63,445 bases of DNA, filler included, from Octopus bimaculoides (GCF_001194135.2; 4 parts of 4 records of this genome joined end to end with filler, not necessarily neighbours in it), one strand, 5' to 3'; counted from the whole stretch's first letter, positions 26,923-39,290 are shown. Made by a program: numbers and translations. Notes: generated by a model from the letters alone, not told the origin.

Positions 26923-27228
26923 TTATTCCATGTTAAAGTTGTCGTATTTCTGTAATTTCAACCAATCACTGACGTCCATTCAACCGATATACATTAAGTG
27001 CCGACTACATAAACAAACGATTCTGAAACAATTAACTCTAACCCTAACCCTAGGGTTAGGGTTAGGGTTAAAGCAAATTTAAAATGAAAAAAGCAAATAA
27101 AACGAAGGTATGGAGATTAAATACGCTTTACATCGCTTAATCAGCCAAAGGAGTAAATATAAACAACTGAATACTTGTCAGTGATTGGTTGAAATTATCG
27201 AAATAAGACAATTTTTTACATGAAATAA
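26923..27228. mobile_element. MITE with ~50 bp TIRs and a central telomeric palindrome
   Basis: TIRs 26923..26973 and 27177..27228; TTAACTCTAACCCTAACCCTAGGGTTAGGGTTAGGGTTAA at 27032..27071. Confidence 0.8.
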
Positions 27229-28429
27229 ATTCGAATACAAAAATATTTTTTTCTATTTGTGAAAACTTATGAGCAGAGGCGTTTCAGTCACGACCAAACT
27301 CATTTCCCGCCACACATTTTTTTTTCTATATATCAGTAACTACATTATCTCATGTACTTTCTCTTTTTAAGAGAACAGAATGCATGACATATGCTCTACT
27401 GTCAAATCCCTTCATGTGACGGGATTTGGCTGATGTTTCTAGCGAGTCAGGAAATTGCGTCGGTTCTTTACTCAATAAGTGAATAACCTTAGAAGCTTTG
27501 GATGGATGCCAAATGGAGACAGGCAGACCGGTCTGACCTTCGCCTGCTTAAGAATATTGGCGTAATTGGTGTAGTACGTAAATGTCGTTTAGCCCCAGGT
27601 CAGCTCTGGTGCAGACTTGTGGCTCAAGGTGCTTCACCTGTGACAACCAAGGTGTTTTGCGGTATAAATGCACGTAGGATTACAACAGCTAATGTGTGTG
27701 ACTTTTTTACTCTTTTCTGCCATAGTAATATGTGATTTAGAATAGACTTAATTGTTATTTCTAGCAGGCTGGGCAATCGTTAGCAACCTCCCTGTTTGAT
27801 TATATTTTCCATGTAAAATGAGGTGGTGGTCAGGAATGGGGGTATTGAAATAAAACAACCAGAAAAAAAGAGACTGTTATCAATTTAATGTCTTCAGTAG
27901 CTTACTAATTCCTGTAACTAAAAGTATGTCTCTAGGTCAATAATTTCTGCAAATCTTTAAAGTACATAATTACTCCTCTTAATAATTGAATCAAATGGAA
28001 CTCTATCGATTTATTGGGACACGTATACGGTTTCAACACAGGTGATTTAAGGATACAACAACTAATTAAAAATAAAACGAAATGGCATAGATAAGCTTCT
28101 ATGGAATAGTGAAGCACCCAGCAAGTGCAAATCACATTTTCCTACAATATAGAAGAGATTCGCAAACGAAGGACCAAACATTATTTAAAAGAACAGCAAT
28201 AATTAACATCTTAAAAAGAGCAAACTAAAAGGGTTTGCTTCCACAAGTGTACCACCCCTTCGTCTAGTTTGTTTCCTTATAACTTTCGGGGGAAATAGAT
28301 TTCTTTCTATGAATTTTTTCTCGAAAACCTTTCAGGTGGTATGGATTTTACGTTTATATATTAATTTAATGTGAAAAAGAAACAAAAATTGGTGGGCACA
28401 GAAATATACATAGTGATAAATATTACATA

Positions 28430-28615
28430 TACGAGGGGGTACTGGAAAATTCCTGGTTTGGGATAAAAGAAAATACAAGGATTAGTTAATTATGGTTTTA
28501 TTCAACATAATTCCCCTCGTAGATTCATACATATTGCAGCGGTTCTTCAATTTTTTTTAAATTCCTGCCTTTCGCGACACCTCGAAAGCCAGGAACTTTT
28601 CAGCACCCCCTTGTA
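28430..28615 (-). mobile_element. Mariner-derived MITE (same family as 13403)
   Basis: TACGAGGGGGTACTGGAAAATTCCTGG ... CCAGGAACTTTTCAGCACCCCCTTGTA with TA termini. Confidence 0.85.
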
Positions 28616-29034
28616 TATATCGACAAAATGAAACTTCAAATTTTAAGAAAAATGATAAGTGTATGCACGAAAACCAATTTTTTTTCACATTAAATTCCGA
28701 TATAATTGTAATCTACAGCCTTTGGAAAATAGCTACAGAAAATTTCATAAGAAAATACCCGTTTTTCTGGAAGTTATGAGGAAACAAAATCGGAGTGGGA
28801 TGCTCCAGAAAGTTTACATTTCAAAAATAATATAAACGTGTTTAACCAATTATGACTTGTAGTGCTTTGACTGTAAATAAAAATCACTAAATTAAAAGCA
28901 ATGACAAAAACAATTAAATAATACACGAAATTAAAAGCAATGACAATAGAAATCATTCGCAAAATTAAAAGCAATGACAATAGATATAATTCTGTCTATA
29001 CGAGGAGATTAGTAATGTAAATAAGGAAACTCAC

Positions 29035-29190
29035 CGCACAATGCGAAGGGCGAGACAGCAAGGTGCTTGCTTAATTGAAGTGGAGATCAAAGCCGGAAGT
29101 TATTGTCCACGTGGTTGGTGTGAAAGTGGTGTACCAATACACGCACAGCTTGGACTAATTATAACAGAACGACCTCTGCATAACTACAAT
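29035..29190 (-). promoter_or_regulatory. Putative promoter and non-coding first exon of an unidentified minus-strand gene
   Basis: Donor CG|GTGAGT (intron starts 29034); ETS CCGGAAGT 29093-29100; E-box CACGTG 29108; CCAAT 29134; ACTACAA 29183; locally raised CpG. Confidence 0.55.
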
Positions 29191-30591
29191 AAGTGCGCCC
29201 CACATATTGTTTCATCGTAACTTTAGAAAAAATGGATATTTTTGGAAGAAGTTCTCCACAAATATTTTTCAGATGATGTAGATTCCAATTATCCGGCATA
29301 GCATTCAGAAAAATAGATATTTTTTTTAAATGAAATTTTCTACAAGTCTCTTTATTGTTCTGAACCGGGGTCCATATAAGATTTTGTTAAAATTTATCTG
29401 CAATAAATTGCTTATACTTCTACAATACACAAGACATTTTAACAATTTTTTAAATACAATTTCTAATAATATCTAATTATAAAAATATAGGATATTTTTA
29501 AACAGCGAATGGTTATGGGGGTCCAGCAAAGAAAAATAGGAATCAAGGTTCTGAAAGTGAAAAATGGTCGAGAATTTCAAGTTTCATTATATAATTATTC
29601 ATGCAATATGTGTCAGTATGTGTGTGTGCGCGCGCTCACTTTTCTTTTTATTTTTTTTGTTTCACATTCTTCCGATATAATTGTGATCTACACCAGCTGG
29701 AANNNNNNNNNNNNNNNNNNNNNNNNNNNNNNNNNNNNNNNNNNNNNNNNNNNNNNNNNNNNNNNNNNNNNNNNNNNNNNNNNNNNNNNNNNNNNNNNNN
29801 NNNNNNNNNNNNNNNNNNNNNNNNNNNNNNNNNNNNNNNNNNNNNNNNNNNNNNNNNNNNNNNNNNNNNNNNNNNNNNNNNNNNNNNNNNNNNNNNNNNN
29901 NNNNNNNNNNNNNNNNNNNNNNNNNNNNNNNNNNNNNNNNNNNNNNNNNNNNNNNNNNNNNNNNNNNNNNNNNNNNNNNNNNNNNNNNNNNNNNNNNNNN
30001 NNNNNNNNNNNNNNNNNNNNNNNNNNNNNNNNNNNNNNNNNNNNNNNNNNNNNNNNNNNNNNNNNNNNNNNNNNNNNNNNNNNNNNNNNNNNNNNNNNNN
30101 NNNNNNNNNNNNNNNNNNNNNNNNNNNNNNNNNNNNNNNNNNNNNNNNNNNNNNNNNNNNNNNNNNNNNNNNNNNNNNNNNNNNNNNNNNNNNNNNNNNN
30201 NNNNNNNNNNNNNNNNNNNNNNNNNNNNNNNNNNNNNNNNNNNNNNNNNNNNNNNNNNNNNNNNNNNNNNNNNNNNNNNNNNNNNNNNNNNNNNNNNNNN
30301 NNNNNNNNNNNNNNNNNNNNNNNNNNNNNNNNNNNNNNNNNNNNNNNNNNNNNNNNNNNNNNNNNNNNNNNNNNNNNNNNNNNNNNNNNNNNNNNNNNNN
30401 NNNNNNNNNNNNNNNNNNNNNNNNNNNNNNNNNNNNNNNNNNNNNNNNNNNNNNNNNNNNNNNNNNNNNNNNNNNNNNNNNNNNNNNNNNNNNNNNNNNN
30501 NNNNNNNNNNNNNNNNNNNNNNNNNNNNNNNNNNNNNNNNNNNNNNNNNNNNNNNNNNNNNNNNNNNNNNNNNNNNNNNNNAAACTGTTCA

Positions 30592-31078
30592 AGAGAAAAT
30601 GTTAAATGGTATCCCTTGCACCAGTCTTGAAATATCTACTCCCTGGAGCACAGGCGGGAGAGATATGGAAAATACTGGAAGGACTGGTACCAAATTTTGG
30701 CATCAAGTACTACACGAATGCCCGCACAGGTCGCCACTGCATTGTACCAAGGGTACTGTCCATTGCATCTCACATAAGAACAAGGTACTACAACAGCCTC
30801 GGTTTCAGAGGACCTCAGCTCTTTAATGTCCTGCCAAAACAATTGAGAGACATGGATATAGAGGTCTTCAAAACAAAACTCGACACTTTCCTCTCCACAA
30901 TACCAGACGAACCAATGGCTCAAAATGAGACACAGTTGAGGGCAGCGATGTCAAATTCTCTTATACACCAGATGTGCCATGCAAGGAACGTGAAGAGAGC
31001 ACAGCATAAAGACGGAAAGTCATGGTGGTCCAGCACGACTGCAGCCACTTGGCTGAAACGCATAAATAAATAAATAAT
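30592..31078 (+). mobile_element. CR1/L2-group LINE 3' end, second copy
   Basis: High identity to 1960-2436 (WKILEGLVPNFG...RAAMSNSLIHQMCH); (TAAA)n tail. Confidence 0.9.
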
Positions 31079-31828
31079 AATATTTATATATATTTATATC
31101 TTATATGTTAAAATATATTTATATTTTATCTGTCCCTAGATAAATGGGACAGGGTGATCGTTACTAGAATGTCTTTGACCAAATATATATATATATATAT
31201 TACATACAAATGTTTAAAATATCCTGAAAAAGGTAAGGAATTACAAAACAAAAGAATATGAATTGAATTAAGGAAATTTATTTAATAATTAACAAGTAAA
31301 CATTAAATAGATATTATGGGAAGATATTGTCAAATTGATGGCATCTTTTTTAAAAAAAATTTTATTTAAAAAATTTTTTTTATGTTGCAGTCTTCATTCA
31401 TAATCAGCTATTCATTTTGCCATGTGTATTGATAGGTGCTGAAATTGAACTGTCAGCTTTTAAGTTACACAGGCTTCAGTGCAGCTGTTTGTTATTTATT
31501 TCACAGACAAGTATTATAAATGCAATATTAAACCCATTTGTTACCATGTTCCTGTTGAGATATGTTGCTTTTGTTTCAGTTAGTCTTGAAAATAATGAAG
31601 GATTTTGTAGAATACTGTTGCAGTTATTAAGGTGTCCACAAGATGGAATTTTGAGGTAGGTTTTTTTTAATTTAGACCACTTTAAAACAGGTCCCTTTTA
31701 TCATAGAACCAGATGTGGTGATCTCTGGCAGTGAGTTGCTATCATCAGATTTCTTATTATGTCATTCATTGCTGCCAAATTAAGCTGAACCTCATCAGAA
31801 ACTATGCCAATTAAAATAAGTCTTCCTT

Positions 31829-31834
31829 TTTATT
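31829..31834 (-). terminator. Candidate polyadenylation signal for serpin A
   Basis: AATAAA on the minus strand ~400 nt after the stop codon. Confidence 0.45.
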
Positions 31835-31970
31835 GTAAATACCATTTCAATTAACAAACAGCCGTACAAGCCAACAAGAGAACCACTACATGGTCCCTCA
31901 ATTAGCTGGAAATAGTAGCCAAATCTCTCTCAAATCAAACTCTATGGTCTTAAAAAAAAGGAATGACACA

Positions 31971-32081
31971 CTGGGCAGTGTATGCAATAGGTTTGTTAAT
32001 ATAAACATACCTGGGCAGTGTATGCAATAAGCTCATTAATATAAATATACCTGAGCAGTGCAATAAGCTTGTTAGTATAAT
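31971..32081. repeat. 40 bp tandem repeat, ~2.7 copies, in the probable serpin A 3'UTR
   Basis: CTGGGCAGTGTATGCAATA units start at 31971, 32011 and 32051. Confidence 0.85.
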
Positions 32082-32237
32082 AGATTTCGGTGACAGTTTA
32101 TAAAGTCTCACCTTCCATTCCCATATTTCATAAATGTTAATCGTAAGAAAATTATTGAAGATACTGAATATATTTTGATATTACAATTTAGTTGGATATT
32201 GTGCAAAGAATTCTATGTCATGGAACATAAAATAAGT

Positions 32238-33410
32238 TTAAGGCTTATTTAATTTTCCCATGAACAAAATCATTTGTGATCTTTTGTCAACAATAAGAAA
32301 CATAAAAGGATGGTTTGCAATGAATCTCAATGGTGGTATCCTCACCATTGCACATCGAGTCATGATAACTGCTGCTGTCGCTGCTGCTGCTTCTGTACCC
32401 TCTTCATTGACCTCCACAAATGCTTTATGAAATACTTCACTGACAAAGAGAGGGCAATTGCTAATACCTGACAAATCAGCTTTCTGTTCGTCAAAAAGGT
32501 CAGCCATTCCTAAAGATGACAGTTGTTGTCTTAATGCAAAACTAGATTCCATTTTGAATTTTGGTAGCTTTACTTCAACTTTCCCAGAGTGGAATTGCTG
32601 GTTTTCTATAATAGACTGAAGAAAATCTGACGATAAACTTTTATGTAATGCTTCAATGCCATCAATCTGGTTTGGTAAGATTATAAACATACTCAGGCAA
32701 GAACCTTCATAAGGTAACTCTAGAATCTGGCAATCGTGTTTAGAATCCTGTCTCAAACTGAATGATTTATTTATAAACATCATATCAACTGAAACTTTCT
32801 CTGTTGAACTTTTGAAAAAATCTTCAGATTTTGTCAAACTGGGATTAAATTTATTGCTCCAGTTTCCTTTAAAATATATAGCATTCACTAAAACAAGAGC
32901 AGTATTAGAATTTAAATAACCATCAGGAATAATATCTTTGATTTTACCTTTTGTAATATTTTGAACCCAGTTATTAATTTTCGCAGCAGCATCTTTCGGT
33001 GCCTGGCCAAAATCCAAATTTTCACTGAGAGAATGATACATCTCCTTGATTTCTTCAAAATATTTAGTGAGTAACTCAAAATTAATGTTGACATACATAC
33101 GGTTTGCAGTATGTAAGTCAAAATTTTTAATTTCTTCCAACAGACTAATATATTTTCTATGGGCATCGTGAACCACTTTTTTTGTTGATCCATCAATCTG
33201 GAGTGTTTTCTCCATCTGTGAAGCAGTATTTTGTCTGGCTCCAGCGTATACCATCAATAAAGCAACAGAAATACTGTAAGGAGATATAAATATATTTCTG
33301 TCTTCACCTTCATATGTTTTAAGGACATTGTACAAGTCATGTGTAAATTTAGTTAAAGATGAACCAACACTCAATACATTTTCATCCAATTTTTCAATAT
33401 TTCTCGCCAT
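32238..33410 (-). CDS. Serpin A: intracellular (ov-serpin/clade B-like) inhibitory serpin, 390 aa, single coding exon
   Basis: SPYSI, NAIYFKGNW, KLPKFK, hinge EEGTEAAAATA, FIANHPFMFLI; no signal peptide; P1-P1' Arg-Cys by hinge count; splice acceptor 21 nt upstream of the ATG (exon starts 33431). Confidence 0.97.
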   Translation of the reverse strand: MARNIEKLDENVLSVGSSLTKFTHDLYNVLKTYEGEDRNIFISPYSISVALLMVYAGARQNTASQMEKTLQIDGSTKKVVHDAHRKYISLLEEIKNFDLHTANRMYVNINFELLTKYFEEIKEMYHSLSENLDFGQAPKDAAAKINNWVQNITKGKIKDIIPDGYLNSNTALVLVNAIYFKGNWSNKFNPSLTKSEDFFKSSTEKVSVDMMFINKSFSLRQDSKHDCQILELPYEGSCLSMFIILPNQIDGIEALHKSLSSDFLQSIIENQQFHSGKVEVKLPKFKMESSFALRQQLSSLGMADLFDEQKADLSGISNCPLFVSEVFHKAFVEVNEEGTEAAAATAAVIMTRCAMVRIPPLRFIANHPFMFLIVDKRSQMILFMGKLNKP

Positions 33411-33548
33411 AGTGTTTGATGTAACAAATATCTGAAATGGTAAATGAAAATAATAAACATTATTTTAGCTGTTCAAAACATTGTTCTGTAATAATATTTC
33501 AGAGAAATTTTTCATCAAACGGTTGTTTATTTAATACTTATTAGTATA

Positions 33549-33945
33549 GGTGCAGGAGTGGCTGTGTGGTAAGTAGCTTGCTTACCAACCACATGGTTCC
33601 GGGTTCAGTCCCACTGTGTGGCATCTTGGGCAAGTGTCTTCTACTATAGCCTCAGGCCGACCAAAGCCTTGTGAGTGGATTTGGTAAACGGAAACTGAAA
33701 GAAGCCTGTCGTATATTTGCATATATATGTGTGTGTGTCTGTGTTTGTCCCCCTAGCATTGCTTGACAACCGATGCTGGTGTGTTTATGTCCCCGTCACT
33801 TAGCGGTTCGGCAAAAAAAGAGACCAATAGAATAAGTACTAGGCTTACAAAGAATAAGTCCTGGGGGTCGATTTGCTCGACTAAAGGCAGTGCTCCAGCA
33901 TGGCCGCAGTCAAATGACTGGAACAAGTAAAGAGAGAGAGAGAGA
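33549..33945 (+). mobile_element. SINE family 1, full length, in the serpin A 5'UTR intron
   Basis: A-box GTGGCTGTGTGG, B-box GGTTCAGTCCC, CORE-like CTTGGGCAAGTGTCTT, LINE-like tail. Confidence 0.92.
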
Positions 33946-34619
33946 TAAAAAGTGTTTTACCAGGTGCAGTATATACATTTACCCATTATTTAGACATTTT
34001 TTTTCTTTTTTTTGTTTAGGTATAGAGAGAAGTGAAACTCCATCCCACTATCAGAATTCATCTGCAACTCAAAGAACCATACATTAAATAACCCCAACAA
34101 TCATCTAGAACTTAAAGAACTTTAGAATAAATAACCCGCTATGGTCAGCTGGAATAGTGTTGCAAAGGCAAAAATTAAAATGGGAAAAGCAGTGAGAGCA
34201 ACTTATGCATAACAGAAAAACTAAATATATTAACTTCACAAGTAAACATATTTTTAGAAAGGAAAGAAACCTCCACCTGTCCCCAAGCCAATGCAGTCAA
34301 ACCACATACTTTCAGGCACTTCTCTGGTCTTGAAAAATCTCAGCTGCAGCCTGTCCCACCCTCTACCTTTTCCTCCTCTATATAAATTATCTCCCTTGTT
34401 TTCTCACCCCCCCACCACCACCACCGACATTAATATATCCACTGGACACCCTAACAACTCCAACAATTTCCATATTAGGGGATGACTACATACTATAATC
34501 CCCTACCCTTTCTCTAATTTCCCCTTTTCCCTTCAACCCCTATATCAAACACCAAGGCCTTACAATCAAGACATCTACATCTATATCCATGTTTTTATTT
34601 TGGTTTCAAATTTTACCAC

Positions 34620-34775
34620 AAGACCAGCAATTTCAAGGCAGGGTTTTGAGTTGATTACTTTGACCCTCCAGTGCTCAACTGGTACTTCTTTTATCGACCC
34701 CGAAAGGATGGACAGTAAAGTCAACCTCAGCAGTATTTGAATTCAGAATGTAAAGACAGACAAAAATGCCACTAG
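34620..34775 (-). mobile_element. SINE family 2
   Basis: CAACTGGTACTTCTTTTATCGACCCCGAAAGGATG core. Confidence 0.8.
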
Positions 34776-35071
34776 GCTTTAGTCCTGTAAAAGTTTTGAT
34801 AGTAGTCATAGAGACTTTAGTCTCTCTATATCACCTTTCAGCAGCATTATAAATGAAGAGACATCAGAACAATTAACAATATAATAAAAATGTTTTATTT
34901 ATGACGATGCTTGGTTTCACAATTCCTGTCATTCAGCTTAGCAGCCGCTGATTAAATTGTGGTTTGGTAATGGAAGGTTAAGGTCTTCCTTGATGCCTGC
35001 CAGAGAACAGTGTAAAAGTGCTTCGTGGAGGAGCGAGGTGTTGTCACGTAGAAGGTTGTGGCTCAACTCAC

Positions 35072-35210
35072 TGAGATAATGAAAGTAACTGCTTAAGTAC
35101 GAGTTTTACTACGCATGCGCAACTCGAGGGGCTTCCGGTTGTGAAGTCCTCTGCGCATGCGCAGAATAGTACTTCCTCAATGGCGGCTATAATTTCGCGC
35201 CACTACAGTC
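35072..35210. promoter_or_regulatory. CpG-rich promoter between the divergent serpins, with a candidate serpin A non-coding exon 1
   Basis: NRF1-type TGCGCATGCGCA 35152-35163 and ACGCATGCGCA 35111-35121; ETS CTTCCGGT 35132-35139; YY1-like CAATGGCGGC 35178-35187; minus-strand donor TCA|GTGAGT (intron starts 35071). Confidence 0.7.
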
Positions 35211-36332
35211 CAATGTACTAACAATTCTACCAACTCACTGCCTTTTCTGTGCTTTATATTGGAATGCATCTTATTACTTCAACATAAAAACCACATGGTG
35301 TCTACATAAAACAAGATGAACTGTCATGAACTTCCTTTAACTTCCTATGGCCAACACATTATTATGAAATAAAATATTAGCTGTCACAATCTGAGTGTTG
35401 CCCAATAGAGAAATATCTGTTCACAGGAGGAGTAATATGACACCAGACATGGACACATATGGAAGTTTCTTAATTGAAACAATTGTCATGTTGCTATACA
35501 ACGGCTGTGAACTTCAAATGAAAGAATGTGGTGATATAGTAAGTAGGTGTTTGTAGTGTATGACCAGGGAAGGGGTGCATGGTAACTAACTCATACATGA
35601 TCACCATCAATTGACACAGGGTGAAGGTGAACCCTGGCTCCACATGCCAGCTTTGAGTACTAAACATCCATCCATGCAGAATGTCTGATTGTTGAACTTT
35701 TACATTATTTTTCTAAAGACGTCCACAAACTCTCATTTCCTACTCCATCTACAACACCAAAAATAACTGAATCCTCAAAGACTACTTTTATAGATACCAT
35801 TTATGCATCATACAATCGCAGTCTCCAATTGGTTTATTCCTTTATTAATTTTTCATTTTATTTGCTCATTTCACCTGTTGAACCATCCATGGGGTCCATT
35901 TTACTTCAAAACTCTACTTCGTCCAACTCACCTCATTTTAATGTCCACTTTTCCATACCTGTATGGGTCAATTGAAGGTAATTAATTCTGTCCTACCAAA
36001 TTTTAAACCATCTCACTATAGAAACCAGTCTGTTGACATTGTTTTGTTTGCTAGTTTCCTTTGTGTCATGATTCACAATGAAAAGAAATACAACCATTAA
36101 AAAAATCAATATAAAGTGTTTCAGGTGAAGATGTTAAGTAATTTGAACTTCGCGTTAATAAGAGAAAAATCAATACTTTTCGCAAATAACTTATTCAAAA
36201 CAACTTGCTTGCTTTTCTCAGCTGCTTGTAAACTCTTTCTGTGGATATAATTGTAAAAACTTTACACAAATCCCAACACAAATCTGAAATCAATCCTCGG
36301 TCAAGTCTGTATTTGGATAAGTCTTAACAAAC

Positions 36333-36396
36333 ATGTTAAAGAAACGAGATGGATTTGTCTTGCTGTTCATAGTTGTTACCCTACAAACTATAACAG
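36333..36396 (+). CDS. Serpin B exon 1: signal peptide MLKKRDGFVLLFIVVTLQTIT(E)
   Basis: Basic n-region then hydrophobic h-region; donor ACAG|GTATGT is phase 1 and matches the phase of the TTTTTATAG| acceptor (exon starts 41088), giving a GAA codon. Confidence 0.8.
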
Positions 36397-37039
36397 GTAT
36401 GTTTGTGTTTATACATACATACATATACACATACACATTCACCACTAATTTGTATTATATTTTAGTATACATACATGTAATATATTGTTTGTTTTTATGT
36501 TCAGTTATAATAAAAACAATTTTACTTTAATCTGATGGGTCACTCTATACTTTGTAGAGTACAAATTTATTAGTCTTAAGCAAGAATGCTGTTGACTGTG
36601 ACTTCGAAGTTTTTGCAAGCTAAGCCATCATTGGATGCGAAGCATTAAAGTTAGTTTTAACTTCATATATTTTCTTTGGGTGTGTGGGTTTGAGTTGGGT
36701 GGTAATTAGGTTTTTGTGGTAGGTTGTTATGGACAAGTGTTTTGGAAAAATTTTTAATTGATTAAATTAGGGGTTATGTTAGTGTTAAGAGTTCATTCAT
36801 GCATGTAGAATTTTGTCAGGTAAGCAGGTGTGAGAGTATTTTTATTGCTTTTGGTATTATTGGATTTAATCATTTTGCTTTGACAATGTAAAAATCAAAG
36901 GTACAAAGTCCAGTATTTAAGGACCATTAGTAATTGGGTGTGTCAACTTTGTTTTCCAAAAGGATGTAGGTGATAAGTTTAAACCCTTTAGCATTTAAAC
37001 TGATCATATCCGTGTACCATATATGATGCCTGGACATTA

Positions 37040-37260
37040 GGGAAATATGTCCAAAACATCACCAATTGAGACTAAGGACATTATCCAACCATCTTGCTCT
37101 TGGTCTACCCCTATATCTCCTGCTGGTTGGCTCAGCTTGAAGAATCCATCTTGCAATTCTTTTCTGTAACCTCTTGAATCAGGGAAGTAGTGGCTCAATT
37201 GGAAGAGACTCCTTAATCTCTTAGCTATGTACCCTTTTGATTAACATTACTCCAGAAGTT
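37040..37260 (-). mobile_element. RTE (Expander-like) 3' fragment
   Basis: KRIARWILQAEPTSRRYRGRPRARWLDNVLSLNW; same family as 4330. Confidence 0.7.
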
Positions 37261-37899
37261 CTTTGGGGGAACCTGTGTATCACATGTGACACACAGGACA
37301 GGTAAAGTGTTAAACTGACACCTGATCAATCAAACCTTAGTCATAAAACAAAGGTAGAAGTTTCAATAAAACTATTCACGTGATCTCACTTTGTTTATTC
37401 AGATAAATAAGAATTAGGCCAGACTAATGCAAATAGCAGAGAGAACTGGAATAATAAAGAAATATAACTGAGCAATAGAAAGGAAATAATGTAGGTTAGG
37501 GTTGATGAAATAGTTGGGCTTTAAAATTGGAGATTGAATACGTGAATCACATGAAAATGAAGGCCATGATGGAATTTTGTTGTATATTGAAAAGACTGGG
37601 TAAGCTAATATAATGGAGAACTGTACAAAGGAATTTCGTTGAGATTTGCTTTAAAAATATACTGCAATACAATAAAGAAAGGCAAATTAAATGTTTCTCT
37701 GTGATTATACAATATATTTAGAGCATGGCATTTATTCATTTATTTCTGAAATTATATAACCAAAACATCGTGAGAAAATCTCAGAAATTCTTTGCTAAGC
37801 AAATATTTCAACTCATTTCTTTTAATCTGATTACGAATTAATCAACCACTCACATTTTATAAGCTAATCAATTATCCATATGTTATCAGTTAATCCATC

Positions 37900-38340
37900 C
37901 ATTTTGTCTGTCCACTATTCCTGGAAAGGTTGTGGAGGTAGAGTACTTATGCACCTCTTTCATAGGGTCCTATCAGAAGTAACCGTTATTAGACTTTGCA
38001 GCTGGATTCCTAAGCATGTCCAATTGAGATAATGGATATTATTCATCTCATTCTTGGTGTGCTCCCAGGTTTCCTGCAAAATTCTAATCACATTCCCAGA
38101 GTGCCAGAGCTGCAGAGAAGAAGCAACTCAACATTGAAGAGACAGAGAGACTTCCTGATTTCCATACTTTGCACCAATAAGTAGCATTACTCCAGAGATC
38201 CTTGAAAGGAACTCCATTTTAGACATTGTATTTGTGACTACTCTTTCAGTATTCAACGGACAACCATAGATGAGGATAGACAACGGAAACCAAATTGAAG
38301 ACAGCAAGTTTGGCATATCTACCAACCTTTCCTTTTATGA
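37900..38340 (-). mobile_element. RTE (Expander-like) 3' fragment
   Basis: ILIYG..TERV..MEFLSRISGV..LWHSGNVIRI. Confidence 0.65.
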
Positions 38341-38689
38341 GAATCACATGCCAGAGCTGGTGCATTAAGCTTATCAATCAGTCATATATTATAAGTAAAT
38401 CAATAATCAAATATTCATTTATTTAACTTTATTTCTTAGATCTGCTCAACCAGAAAGCTACAGCCTTATTTTAAATAGAATTTTATCAGGTATATTTCCA
38501 ATGCCAGAGGTTGGGTAACTTGTTGGGGTATTAGGGGAGAATCACAACTGTCTAAGAAACTGTGTGATGTGGTTTCTGTGCTAAGAAAAATATATATTTT
38601 TTTTTTGGCTACTTGCTAAGTCTGGAGGAAGGGGCAGCGCCGATGACACTTGTGGGCACTCCAAAACTGGTGAGCCTGATTGCATTAAT

Positions 38690-39290
38690 GTTCTAATCAG
38701 AATGTTGCAGATGAACACTGGAAGGAAGAACATGAGCAGGAAGAAAATTCCGAGGGGAGAATGTTCAGAGGGGAAAAAAGATTGGGTGCACTAGTAGGTG
38801 CAGAGGTCAGAAATAGAGATCCTTGAATGAGAGGTGGCAAGGTGAGTGAGTCAGAGATGACTGGGTGGTGGAGAAATGAGTGGATCAGCCAACTTAGAGG
38901 AGATGAGGCTGTTATAATAGTGATAGAAAAGACAAAGAGAGCAGAGACAGAGCAGCTGTGGGGCCAGAGACAGAAGTGATAGAATATCAATTAGCTGAGG
39001 TCCCATCTTAGAACGGGGTCCAGGATGTCAGTAGTATCATTCTTGATGTTGGAGTGGTACTCCATTTTAAGCTTCACACGAGTCTTTTGGAGTGTCGGTA
39101 GCTGTTGGGGCCTGAAACATTTTCTGGCTCCAAAGTGGGCTTAGCTATATTCATGATGTGCTTTCACCAAAATAGATCCTCAGTGATAATCAAGTCAAAA
39201 ATCTGGAGTGACTGTGAAAACTCTGAGTGATACTCATGTTATGAGAACGTGGTGCTGTAGTGTTTTCTTAATATGAGGGAGTGCTTGAAT
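38690..39290 (-). mobile_element. CR1/L2-group RT C-terminal fragment
   Basis: Degenerate translation ITEDLFW*KHIMNIAK, ARKCFRPQQL, FYHYYN. Confidence 0.55.

Noticed and set aside
27032-27071. Ancestral chromosome fusion site
   Set aside because: Only ~3 repeats per side and enclosed by MITE-like TIRs; kept as a transposon feature instead
28889-28980. CRISPR-like repeat-spacer look
   Set aside because: Eukaryotic context, only three short non-palindromic repeats, unequal spacers, no cas genes
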